Position numbers and translations under genes: made by a program
Notes under the pieces: generated by a model
What the model was told of the DNA's origin: nothing
Databases searched by the model: none
Seen by the model: the letters and a program-made list of their open reading frames with translations, nothing else
Source of the DNA: a virus
Lineage: Duplodnaviria; Caudoviricetes
Length of the DNA: 64,000 nt
IMG/VR virus record: IMGVR_UViG_3300023055_000005
Direction: 5' to 3' (one strand)
Shown here: positions 55,925-64,000 of the stretch, one piece after another
How positions within the stretch are numbered: position 1 is the first letter of the stretch
Layout: each line of letters opens with the position of its first letter

Positions 55925-57331
55925 ATGTCGTTGATTGGTGGCTTTACCCAGGCTCCGGAATTCCGCCCGAACCTGAACATCGGTGCGTGCCTTGACATTC
56001 CGACCGGCAACTATTTCAAAGGCATCCACGATGAGATGATTCTCAACGGTGGCCTGAGCCATACGACCGGCATCGTGGCGCGTGCGAACATGCACAAGTC
56101 CTCGTTGATGCATCACATGTACCTCACGACCCTGGACCGACATCGTTCGGCTGAGGGCAACTCTTATGACACCGAGTATTCGCTGGGCAACCCGCGCTTG
56201 ATGTCGCTGGCCAAGCACATGCCGAACATCGGCGGCCGCAACCTGTTGGCCGAAGGCCGACTGAGCATCACCACGCCTGCCGAACAGGAAGGTGACGAAT
56301 GGTTCGAGACCGTTCGTGAGATGATCGAAACCAAGAACAAGAACAAGTCGTTCCGTCAGCTGACCCCGTTCGTGGATTCGCAGGGACAGCAGATGTCGTT
56401 CCTGTACCCGACCCCGATGGAACTGGACAGCATCAGCCAGTTTGAAGTCTCCACGATCACCAAGAAGCGTGAAGACAACAACATCGGCGCCAAGGAACAG
56501 AACCCGCTGGAAATGCACGCGGCCATGGCCAAGAGCCAGATGGTTCGCCAGATGCCGAAGCTGGCTGCGGCCGGTGGCATGTACATCATGATGACTGCCC
56601 ACGTTGGCGACGTCATCAACATGGATCCGCACAAGCCGGCACCGAAGAAGTTCGCCATGATGAAGGGCGACGCCAAGGTCAAGGACACCCCGGAAAAGTT
56701 CACCTTCCTGCTGAACAACTGCTGGCACATCACCCGTGCACAGCCGCTGATCAACAAGCTCAACGGCACGCCCGAATTCCCGCGTGGTCCGGACGATGCA
56801 CTGAAGGGTGACACCGACCTGATGGCCATCTCGATGGTCAACCTGCGTGGCAAGTTCGGTCCGTCCGGTCTTCCGATCGAACTGCTGTGCTCGCAGTCTG
56901 ATGGCCTGCTGCCGACCCTGAGCGAGTTCTACTACCTGAAGAACTCCGACGGCTTCGGCCTGGGTGGTCACGACCGCGCGTACTTCCTGGACCTGCTGCC
57001 GGATGTGAAGATGCAGCGCACCACCGTTCGCGGCAAGTGCGGCGAAGACAAGACCTTGCAGCGTGCGATGGAGATCACCTCCGAACTCTGCCAGCTGGTC
57101 AATCTGCGTCACGACTTCGACCGCTCGCTGCTGTGCACCCCGGCGGATCTGTACAAGGATCTGAAGGAGCGCGGCTACGATTGGGATGAACTGCTCAACG
57201 GTACTCGTGGCTACTGGCTGTTCGAGAACGATGAGAAGATCGAACCCAAGAAGTTCCTCTCCACGGCCGACCTGCTGCGCATGCGTAAGGGTCTGTACAA
57301 GCCGTGGTGGTACGACGGCGCGGCGCGTTAA
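55925..57331 (+). CDS. uvsX: RecA/UvsX-like recombinase-fold protein (phiKZ gp152-like)
   Basis: RPNLNIGACLDIPTG, NGGL…TGIVARANMHKS (degenerate P-loop), YDTEYS, ELDSISQF (Walker B), MTAHVGD, NLRGKFGPSG. Confidence 0.75.
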   Translation: MSLIGGFTQAPEFRPNLNIGACLDIPTGNYFKGIHDEMILNGGLSHTTGIVARANMHKSSLMHHMYLTTLDRHRSAEGNSYDTEYSLGNPRLMSLAKHMPNIGGRNLLAEGRLSITTPAEQEGDEWFETVREMIETKNKNKSFRQLTPFVDSQGQQMSFLYPTPMELDSISQFEVSTITKKREDNNIGAKEQNPLEMHAAMAKSQMVRQMPKLAAAGGMYIMMTAHVGDVINMDPHKPAPKKFAMMKGDAKVKDTPEKFTFLLNNCWHITRAQPLINKLNGTPEFPRGPDDALKGDTDLMAISMVNLRGKFGPSGLPIELLCSQSDGLLPTLSEFYYLKNSDGFGLGGHDRAYFLDLLPDVKMQRTTVRGKCGEDKTLQRAMEITSELCQLVNLRHDFDRSLLCTPADLYKDLKERGYDWDELLNGTRGYWLFENDEKIEPKKFLSTADLLRMRKGLYKPWWYDGAAR

Positions 57332-57355
57332 GCGCCGCTTTCATGAGACAGGACA

Positions 57356-57655
57356 ATGCGTTCACAATTCCCCGAAGTGGTGGAGAAGCTGATCAAGATC
57401 TTTGATCAGCACGGACGGGGGCTGCGCGATGTGCAGCTCCTGCTCAACGACACCTGCCCGGCTGGCTGGAGCCATCTGAGCAACGAGAGCATCATCGAGG
57501 CAGTCAACAAGAACCTGCGCATCAAGCTGGGTCTGTTGGCTGTCGATACCTTCGATGCCCGCGAGTGCCTGATTCAGGAAGACTCCGTGGGGGACTGGGT
57601 TTACGGCTTCAAGACCTACGTGATGCCCGCGCTGGTAAAGCACGAGCTGGTCTGA
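57356..57655 (+). CDS. Hypothetical protein
   Basis: 99 aa; AGGA RBS; stop overlaps the next start (TGATG). Confidence 0.7.
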   Translation: MRSQFPEVVEKLIKIFDQHGRGLRDVQLLLNDTCPAGWSHLSNESIIEAVNKNLRIKLGLLAVDTFDARECLIQEDSVGDWVYGFKTYVMPALVKHELV

Positions 57656-58098
57656 TGGTCAACACAAACGAATCGCAAGCGGACGAGCTGAAGGTCATCG
57701 TTGCGGGTAGCCGTGGCTACTCGAACTATGACTTCGTCCAAGCGCACTTGAAGCTTCTGCTCAAGCGTCGCGGAAAGTTCACCGTGGTCAGTGGCTTGGA
57801 AAAGACTGGCCCGGATATGTTAGGCGTTCGATTCGCCAAAGAGAACGACCTGAAAGTTGAAGGCCATGCTCCGGCATGGGACGACCTGGAAGCTCCGGGC
57901 GCGGTGATCAAAACGAATAAGTATGACAAGCAGTACAACGCCAAAGCGGGTATGGACCGCAATCTCGCTATGGCGCAAACTGCCAACGTACTGGTCGCTT
58001 TCTGGGACGCTAAGTCCCCTGGCACTCGCAACATGATCATGGAAGCGAGGAAGCTGAACCTGGAAGTGATCGTGTTCATCGTGAACTTGGAGAAGTAG
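57655..58098 (+). CDS. SLOG-superfamily protein (DUF2493/YspA-like)
   Basis: KVIVAGSR, VVSGLEKTGPDMLG, AGMDRNLAM, LVAFWDAKSPGTRNMI. Confidence 0.8.
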   Translation: MVNTNESQADELKVIVAGSRGYSNYDFVQAHLKLLLKRRGKFTVVSGLEKTGPDMLGVRFAKENDLKVEGHAPAWDDLEAPGAVIKTNKYDKQYNAKAGMDRNLAMAQTANVLVAFWDAKSPGTRNMIMEARKLNLEVIVFIVNLEK

Positions 58099-58099
58099 C

Positions 58100-58780
58100 G
58101 TGGCGACGAAAAATCGTAAGGCGGCCGTTGACTTTTATGTCGACGTGCTCACTGACATGCTGGGCAGTCGCGAGCAGGCCCTGTGGCACAAGGAGAACCT
58201 CCTCGACCCGATGAGTGATGAGGAGTTCGACTCGCTGATGGCCAAGTATGCCAGTGGCGAAGAGATCGCCCCGATCATCGTGCCCAACATGACCAACGTC
58301 AAGTTGAAGATGGAACGGAATCTGGCCGTGGCCAAGAAGCACGGCATTGCGATCTTCCAGCGCATCGAAATGACCGACGCCGTTACTGGCGTGACGTTCA
58401 TCACCCCGAAGGAATACATGGTGGTGGACATGCCCGTGCGTCTGCAGGTGGAGCAGCTGGACAAGAAGATCAAGATCCCCGAAGACAACAAGCACGTCGA
58501 TGAACGCACTGGTCAGCCGACTGGTCCGTCCAAGGGCAGCTCGGTGTCCTTCCCGGAACTGCAGGTCATGTCTGCCCAGGGCTTCAACGCGGCGATCAAG
58601 GAACTGCTGCGCTGGCGTGGTGGTGATGAGATTGGCTTCCAAGCCATGAACCGTCAGATCGTGGACAACGGCACCGTGCGTTTGGAAACGCTCGCTCGAC
58701 TGCCGACCAAGGTCAAGAGTACCGAAACGCTGGGCGCCTACCTGATGGCTGCTCATCTGGACAACAATCTGAATCTTTGA
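58100..58780 (+). CDS. rpoB: Virion RNA polymerase beta subunit, C-terminal fragment (phiKZ gp149-like)
   Basis: GTG start with GGAG RBS. RTGQPTGPSKG…FPELQVM…GFNAAIKELLRWRGGD aligns by eye with RpoB TQQPLGGKA…EMEVWAL…GAAYTLQEMLTVKSDD. Confidence 0.8.
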   Translation: MATKNRKAAVDFYVDVLTDMLGSREQALWHKENLLDPMSDEEFDSLMAKYASGEEIAPIIVPNMTNVKLKMERNLAVAKKHGIAIFQRIEMTDAVTGVTFITPKEYMVVDMPVRLQVEQLDKKIKIPEDNKHVDERTGQPTGPSKGSSVSFPELQVMSAQGFNAAIKELLRWRGGDEIGFQAMNRQIVDNGTVRLETLARLPTKVKSTETLGAYLMAAHLDNNLNL

Positions 58781-58791
58781 GGTAGCTTTCC

Positions 58792-59325
58792 ATGGAACGC
58801 GTGCAATCCTTCGGCGAGAGTGTCAACGCCATCTTCGATGCCGTCTTTGTCAACCAGCTTCGTCTGGCCGGACAGGGGCGCATGACCGAGAAGTACTTCG
58901 GCACCCTGATGGAGCAGCTGGAGGAGTTCGCCCATAACTCGAACGTGGCTCTGCTGCCCAGTGGCGACCAGGCGGTGATCGAGCAGTGGGTCGAACTGCG
59001 CGCCAACATCGACATGTTCAAGCTGATCATGAACATCACCATGGAGCTGCGCTTCCATCTCAGCTCAGTTGGTCAGTGGAACGATGTCGTGGGAGCTATC
59101 TCCCGTGCGGCAAGTCGGATCGCCCATTCTCCGTGGATTGAGTCGGAGGATCCCAGCTATCGGGCCCACTCCCGCAGTGAGGAGGAGCTGCTGAAGCTCT
59201 TGGACGAGAACCACTGGCTGGTGGCTACCCAGTTGCTGTACTGGTCCTTGCAGCGTGTCATGGGTGACCAGCGTGCCCTGAAGATCTCCTTCGCGCAGGA
59301 ACAGGAAGATGAGAACAGCAAGTGA
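58792..59325 (+). CDS. Conserved hypothetical protein
   Basis: 177 aa; GAGGT RBS; operon-coupled. Confidence 0.75.
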   Translation: MERVQSFGESVNAIFDAVFVNQLRLAGQGRMTEKYFGTLMEQLEEFAHNSNVALLPSGDQAVIEQWVELRANIDMFKLIMNITMELRFHLSSVGQWNDVVGAISRAASRIAHSPWIESEDPSYRAHSRSEEELLKLLDENHWLVATQLLYWSLQRVMGDQRALKISFAQEQEDENSK

Positions 59326-60040
59326 TGATATCCATCACCGCATCCACGTAATGCTGGATGTGCTGCTGGACACCCGGATCGCCACTGTGGCAGGGATCAA
59401 TGGTGAGGCTGCTGCACGGATGCTTGGTAATCCCGAGTATCTGGAGCGCCTCAACGATGACATGGAAGCCATCACCGAAGGGGCAGTCACCAACGCCGCC
59501 TACCGTGATGCCTACGCCAAGCGTGATCTTGTCACCCTGGCCTTGTCTCGTCCCACTGGGGCATTCAAGGCGCTGGATGATCTGAAGCGCTCCCTGGCTG
59601 CCAACATCCCCAATACTCCCTTCGCCGATGGTTTCGCTTTCGAGATCAACGTCTGGCCTTACCGGATGGACGAAGATGAGAAGCGCGATGTTGAAACCGC
59701 TGTTGCTTACTGGCTCGGTGCGCGAACCAGTATCAAGGTGGTTGACATCCCGATGGCCGACCTGACCCCTTACCGGTTGTCCGGTGGGTACAGCGCCGTG
59801 TTCCTCTACTCGCTGGACGAGTGGGCAAGGCTGCACGGTAAGGAGGCAATGCATACTCCCATTCGTGATGTGACGCTGTTCTGTCCGCGGCTTTACAAGG
59901 ACCGGGCGCTCACCATGGAAGAGTGCATCATCGCCCCGGATAGTTCGGCACTGGATCCCTTTGCCGAGACCGTGAACATGTGGCGTGACTTTGTGGGCAT
60001 CGTCTTTTTCCCGGCGGCCGTCTACTCGATCATGTCCTAA
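59309..60040 (+). CDS. Conserved hypothetical protein
   Basis: 243 aa; LDVLLDTRIATV motif; overlaps the upstream stop. Confidence 0.75.
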   Translation: MRTASDDIHHRIHVMLDVLLDTRIATVAGINGEAAARMLGNPEYLERLNDDMEAITEGAVTNAAYRDAYAKRDLVTLALSRPTGAFKALDDLKRSLAANIPNTPFADGFAFEINVWPYRMDEDEKRDVETAVAYWLGARTSIKVVDIPMADLTPYRLSGGYSAVFLYSLDEWARLHGKEAMHTPIRDVTLFCPRLYKDRALTMEECIIAPDSSALDPFAETVNMWRDFVGIVFFPAAVYSIMS

Positions 60041-60082
60041 CGGCATACAGGCAGGGCGCAAGCCCTGCCTGCTGCTATACCC
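60041..60082. terminator. GGCATA-hairpin element between convergent genes
   Basis: CGGCATA-CAGGCAGGGC-GCAA-GCCCTGCCTG-CTGCTATACC. Confidence 0.7.
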
Positions 60083-60568
60083 TTAATGGGATCCGATCTC
60101 TTCTTCGACCGGTGCCTTGACACCCTGTCGCTGCATGCGGGCAGTGAACTCGGAGTAGTTCTCCGACGACACACCCACTTCAGTTTCACCTTCCACGAAC
60201 ACAGGTTCGGGAAGACGCGATGCGTCCTCGGCCTCGTAGGCCTTGCGACCCTTGGCCGCGTTCTCTTTCAAGAATGGATCGGTGGAGCCATCGTCCTTGA
60301 ACATGCGCACCACTGCGCTTGCCACCAGACGATCGTTCTCTGCACCCTTCTCCTGGATGCCGAGCTTCTTCTTGGTCAGTGCCGTCTTGTCCATATCCGA
60401 CAGGGCCTTGAGCACGACCGCCCCGCCTTTCGGATCTGCGGTGAGGTCAACGTCCTTGTCTTTGACCAGTTCGATGCGCCGTGCCTGGGTGTACTTCAGG
60501 ATGGCATCGTCGTCACCGGGATCGGATGGCATGTAGCGATCAGCCAGCCGTTTGCTTGGTTCCTGCAT
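60083..60568 (-). CDS. Hypothetical protein
   Basis: 161 aa; GGAGAA RBS. Confidence 0.75.
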   Translation of the reverse strand: MQEPSKRLADRYMPSDPGDDDAILKYTQARRIELVKDKDVDLTADPKGGAVVLKALSDMDKTALTKKKLGIQEKGAENDRLVASAVVRMFKDDGSTDPFLKENAAKGRKAYEAEDASRLPEPVFVEGETEVGVSSENYSEFTARMQRQGVKAPVEEEIGSH

Positions 60569-60635
60569 AGCTGTTCTCCATTGAAAAAAATCACAAGCCT
60601 ATATCATTCATGGGAAGCTGCATTCAAGAGGTTAC

Positions 60636-61154
60636 ATGAACATCTTCAAAAGTCTTATCCGGAAGCTCGGATTTGGCAGGCTGCGGGAAGAAGTAGTGAA
60701 GGATCGCCTTCAAAAAGAAGCCACGCCGCTGCTGTATCGCAACAAGGAACTCCTGGCTCTGCTGGAACCCTTCGGGAAAGAAATCCCTCGGTCCGTGCTT
60801 CGCCAGACAAAGCTCACCACCCGCATTGATGGGATGGAGGCGCTTATCTCTTCCTTGATGCTGACAGCTCACGGCATTAAGACTGGCGACGGGTTCCCGC
60901 CCTCCGCCGTCGTCTCCATCCAACGCGATCCCGAGTTGCGTTCGTTGGAGGAGTTCCTGGTCACCATGGACGGTCACGTCCTGAGTGTCAACGAGGCCCT
61001 ACCGATGCTGCATGAGTTCTACGGTAGGCTGATCAACGCAATCGAAACCAAGAAAGAAAACGAGGGGTACTTTCAGCGCGTTAACGAGAAGTTGTTGGAG
61101 GATGTGGCCGAAGTTGTGGCCGCGTTTAGCTTGATAGCCAGAAAATGGAGTTAA
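60636..61154 (+). CDS. Hypothetical protein
   Basis: 172 aa; GAGG RBS. Confidence 0.7.
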   Translation: MNIFKSLIRKLGFGRLREEVVKDRLQKEATPLLYRNKELLALLEPFGKEIPRSVLRQTKLTTRIDGMEALISSLMLTAHGIKTGDGFPPSAVVSIQRDPELRSLEEFLVTMDGHVLSVNEALPMLHEFYGRLINAIETKKENEGYFQRVNEKLLEDVAEVVAAFSLIARKWS

Positions 61155-61210
61155 TGTCGAAGTGATCGGCATCTTCTGTTTCACAATGGCCCTGGGAATT
61201 CCCGGCAGCC

Positions 61211-61681
61211 ATGACCGATAAAATCAACCGACTGCTATCACTTCCTGACAAAGGAAGAATGAAGGCGGTAGGTGAACTGACGCGTCTCTGGCGGGAAGTA
61301 CTCGCAGAGCGGCAGATCGGTCCGTTACACTGGGGCAAGTTGATGGTAGACCACATCAACAAGTCTCACGGTCGTTCCAAAACGCATTCCAAACAACGGT
61401 CAACCGAGCGTGGCAATCTCAACAGGCAGTTGGCTCAAAACAACCTGTCATGGAGAATGTTCCGGCGTGCGATCCGCTTCTTGAACCCCAAAAGATCGTG
61501 GGTTGAGTTTCATTCGGAATGGGATGAGGGACCGAACACAGTGATCTCCTTGGACATCTACAAACGTCCTGGGGAAAATCTCGTGCCGGTTAAACCCTCT
61601 GGAGAGAAGTTTGATTTCGGAGAAGAGCTGCAAGATGTCGAGCGAGACCCCCGCAAACGAAACAGTCGCTCCGGTAACTGA
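61211..61681 (+). CDS. Basic conserved hypothetical protein (possibly nucleic-acid binding)
   Basis: LTRLWREVL…WGKLM…ERGNLNRQL…SWRMFRRAIRFL. Confidence 0.65.
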   Translation: MTDKINRLLSLPDKGRMKAVGELTRLWREVLAERQIGPLHWGKLMVDHINKSHGRSKTHSKQRSTERGNLNRQLAQNNLSWRMFRRAIRFLNPKRSWVEFHSEWDEGPNTVISLDIYKRPGENLVPVKPSGEKFDFGEELQDVERDPRKRNSRSGN

Positions 61682-62138
61682 CGGTGAAGATCACATCAAC
61701 ATCTATACCGGAGGTAAGACCAGGCTAGGTCGTTTGCTGAGTAACCTGGCTCCAGTCGGCTTCATCCACCCTACCCACGGCAAGTTCGATACCGTGGAAG
61801 GGTTCTGGTATTGGGCGCGCTCTGGCTTCATTGAAAAGTACTGGGATGACTTCTCCACCGCAAGCGGCTTTGATGCCAAGCGGTTGGGTAAGACGCTGCC
61901 TCGTGTCGAGGTGGACGACTTCCAGGACCAGATCAAGAAAGTCATCGAACTCAAGATCCGGCAAAATCAAGAGCTGCGCGAACTGCTGCGAGAGTCGACC
62001 CTGCCACTGCGTCACTACTACTGCTACGGTAGTGGGGACAAAGTGAAGGTCATCGATCTGAGCAAGAAATACTCGTGGCAAATCGAGCACATCGACTCCA
62101 TCCGAAATGCACTGAAGGGAATTACACGAAATGACTGA
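61635..62138 (+). CDS. NADAR/YbiA-like protein 1
   Basis: DGEDHINIY…LGRLLSNLAP…HGKFDTVEGFWYW…AKRLGK…LKIRQNQELRELLRES. Confidence 0.6.
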   Translation: MSSETPANETVAPVTDGEDHINIYTGGKTRLGRLLSNLAPVGFIHPTHGKFDTVEGFWYWARSGFIEKYWDDFSTASGFDAKRLGKTLPRVEVDDFQDQIKKVIELKIRQNQELRELLRESTLPLRHYYCYGSGDKVKVIDLSKKYSWQIEHIDSIRNALKGITRND

Positions 62139-62592
62139 GTTCAACCCGAACCGCGAAGGCGTCGACCACATCAACATCAACCGCAACGCGCGGTCGGCGT
62201 TGGGTCGTCTGCTGCATCCTGCATCCAACCTGCCGTTGAACCATCCCGAGCATGGGAAGTTCGCCTCTCTGGAAAACTTCCGGATGTGGATCAACACAGG
62301 CATGTCGGTGATGCGGCTGCGTCACGTACCGGTGAACCGGGCAATCGAGATCGCCAATACCCTGCCCCGTGGGAACATCACCGCCATGGTGCGTGAAGAC
62401 CTGCTGTGCGAGGGCCTTGGCTTCAAGATCGAGCAGAACGCTGAGTTGGCCTCGCTGCTGCGTGACTGCAAGCTGCCGATTGTCGCCTATCACGTCCATC
62501 GTGACGGCGAGAACAATCTGGTGGTGAGCAACTACGCCCAGCCGTTGGATTGGATGTTGCAGCATCTGGCACTTCATCGCCACTGCTGCTAA
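62131..62592 (+). CDS. NADAR/YbiA-like protein 2 (divergent paralog)
   Basis: EGVDHININ…LGRLLHPASN…HGKFASLENFRMW…FKIEQNAELASLLRDC. Confidence 0.55.
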   Translation: MTEFNPNREGVDHININRNARSALGRLLHPASNLPLNHPEHGKFASLENFRMWINTGMSVMRLRHVPVNRAIEIANTLPRGNITAMVREDLLCEGLGFKIEQNAELASLLRDCKLPIVAYHVHRDGENNLVVSNYAQPLDWMLQHLALHRHCC

Positions 62593-62600
62593 GTAACGAT

Positions 62601-62662
62601 GGCCCTCCTCCGCAAGGGGGAGGGTCGTTATGCCTTACTCTTTTTTTTTGCCTAGCTTATGA
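62601..62662 (+). terminator. Hairpin-TATGCC element plus T9 tract and downstream TATG
   Basis: GGCCCTCCTCC-GCAA-GGGGGAGGGTC-GTTATGCC-TTACTC-T9-GCCTAGCTTATG. Confidence 0.75.
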
Positions 62663-62683
62663 CAGTTCCAGGGAATCACTGCT

Positions 62684-63913
62684 ATGGCCAAGCGCCTTAC
62701 CGATACCATTTTCTCCAAGGGCGCCAAAGACAAAATCTTGGTGGCTGATCCGTACAAGATTGCCGATACCGTATCGCGCAACAACATCGTCTCCAAGTTG
62801 GGTGGCTTGGCCGGTGGGCTCACTGGTAAGCTTGGAGCCTTCGGTTCCAAGATTGGAAAGCTGGCTGACGTCAAGGGAAAGATCTCTGCTGTCAAGAGCA
62901 AGATCGACGCAGTCAAGAACTCCTCGGCCCTGAAGGCAATCAAGGGCGGTATTGCCACCGTCAAGAAAGGCGTGGAGACTGCCCGTAAGGCTGTCGGCAT
63001 TGCCAAGAACATGGTCAATGGCGCCAAGCAGATCAAGAAGAATCTGCTCGACGTCAAGAAGAATCTGGCGAGCGATGTCAAGGCTGGCTTCGCCGGCGGT
63101 GCCAAGAACTTCCTGCGCGAGAATGCAGGGTTCATGGGTGATCGTCTGGCCAGCTCTGTCTCGGAGAAAGGCTTCAACTTCTCCAACCTGAAGGACAGTG
63201 TCAAGCAGGATGCGCTCACCAACACCAACCTGCTGAAGAACAACCTGAAGGTCATCTCCAAGGACTCGTTCGGTAACATCAGCGTTTCCCGGTTCAAGGA
63301 TAAGGACGGGCGCGAGTTCATCGATTCGGCCAAGGGTATCAAGGCCATGACCGGTGGCAGCGATGACTCGATCAAGGTCGTCGACTTGGAAGCTGAGCAG
63401 GCTGTTGCCACGGCCACTGGTAAGGACATGGTTGCCTCTGGCATGTCCAACCAACTCAAGGACATGCTGGCCAACATCGAGCCGGAGAATCGCAAGGAAG
63501 TTGTCCTTGGGATCTTCCCTCAGGCAGTGGCAGCCTCTGACCTGACTGCGATCTGGTACATGCTCTCTGTTGTTCCGGGGAAGGTCATCTGTGCCCGCTA
63601 TCCGGATGCGGCGGAGATGATCATGCGCAACTACCGCAAGCCGGTGCCGTGCACTCCCGAACAGGAGCAGGCCGAGTGTGCTGTTCTGCGTGACGTGCTG
63701 GGCCTGATGCAGGAGAACTGGTGGTACGCTGATCGCAACGGTACTGCGGTCATTGACATCACTGCTTTCGCTGAGGCCAGTCCTGACGCCCTGTCGGTCT
63801 TCCGATGGGATGAGCGATTCGAAACGGCCATCCTGCTTGCTCCTCTGTTCCCCAACCGGGCGATCAAGGATCAGGTGCTGGAGTACTACCCGTTTGTACC
63901 CGAGTTTGGTTGA
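62684..63913 (+). CDS. Virion structural protein with Lys/Ala/Gly-rich amphipathic insert
   Basis: 409 aa; MAKRLTDTIFSKGAKDKILVADPY N-terminus typical of phiKZ-like structural proteins; K/A/G/V heptad-like stretch at about aa 35-140. Confidence 0.65.
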   Translation: MAKRLTDTIFSKGAKDKILVADPYKIADTVSRNNIVSKLGGLAGGLTGKLGAFGSKIGKLADVKGKISAVKSKIDAVKNSSALKAIKGGIATVKKGVETARKAVGIAKNMVNGAKQIKKNLLDVKKNLASDVKAGFAGGAKNFLRENAGFMGDRLASSVSEKGFNFSNLKDSVKQDALTNTNLLKNNLKVISKDSFGNISVSRFKDKDGREFIDSAKGIKAMTGGSDDSIKVVDLEAEQAVATATGKDMVASGMSNQLKDMLANIEPENRKEVVLGIFPQAVAASDLTAIWYMLSVVPGKVICARYPDAAEMIMRNYRKPVPCTPEQEQAECAVLRDVLGLMQENWWYADRNGTAVIDITAFAEASPDALSVFRWDERFETAILLAPLFPNRAIKDQVLEYYPFVPEFG

Positions 63914-63953
63914 CGACATAGAGGAGGGGCTTTCGCCCCTCCTCGTATGCCCT
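63914..63953. terminator. GACATA-hairpin-TATGCC element
   Basis: CGACATA-GAGGAGGGGC-TTTC-GCCCCTCCTC-GTATGCCC. Confidence 0.75.
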
Positions 63954-64000
63954 TTACGGACGATCCGTACCACGGTACAGAATGGAGATCAGTCGACCAG

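Noticed and set aside
1-64000. Chimallin, PhuZ tubulin, introns/inteins, integrase or IS elements
   Set aside because: No supporting motifs seen in this window. The nucleus-forming lifestyle is inferred only from the phiKZ-like core genes.

Overview
A 64 kb segment of a GC-rich phiKZ-like (Chimalliviridae-type, probably nucleus-forming) jumbo phage genome, covering its conserved replication, transcription and virion block. It encodes a DnaB-like helicase, the major capsid protein, two fragments of split RNA polymerase beta subunits, the portal, a baseplate-type protein, an array of seven tandem plus one divergent paralogous tail-tip/adhesin genes, a RuvC-like resolvase, five tail-fibre-type genes, RNase H, a central-spike protein, an SbcC/Rad50 ATPase, a RecA/UvsX-like protein, a SLOG (DUF2493-like) protein and two NADAR-like paralogs. 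All family assignments come from motif recognition and recalled phiKZ synteny; no database search was run, and phiKZ gp numbers are from memory. The points most worth following up are: (1) a diversified array of one adhesin fold on a constant N-terminal module; (2) a ParB/Srx-like domain fused to the portal behind an acidic linker that ends in a head-protease-like site; (3) a family of RCATA-hairpin-TATGY intergenic elements that mostly lack U-tracts; (4) a candidate four-way-junction RNA at about 11.2 kb; (5) tandem NADAR-like genes plus a SLOG gene as a possible ADP-ribose/NAD counter-defence kit. No chimallin, tubulin, tRNA, CRISPR array, integrase or IS element was seen in this window.
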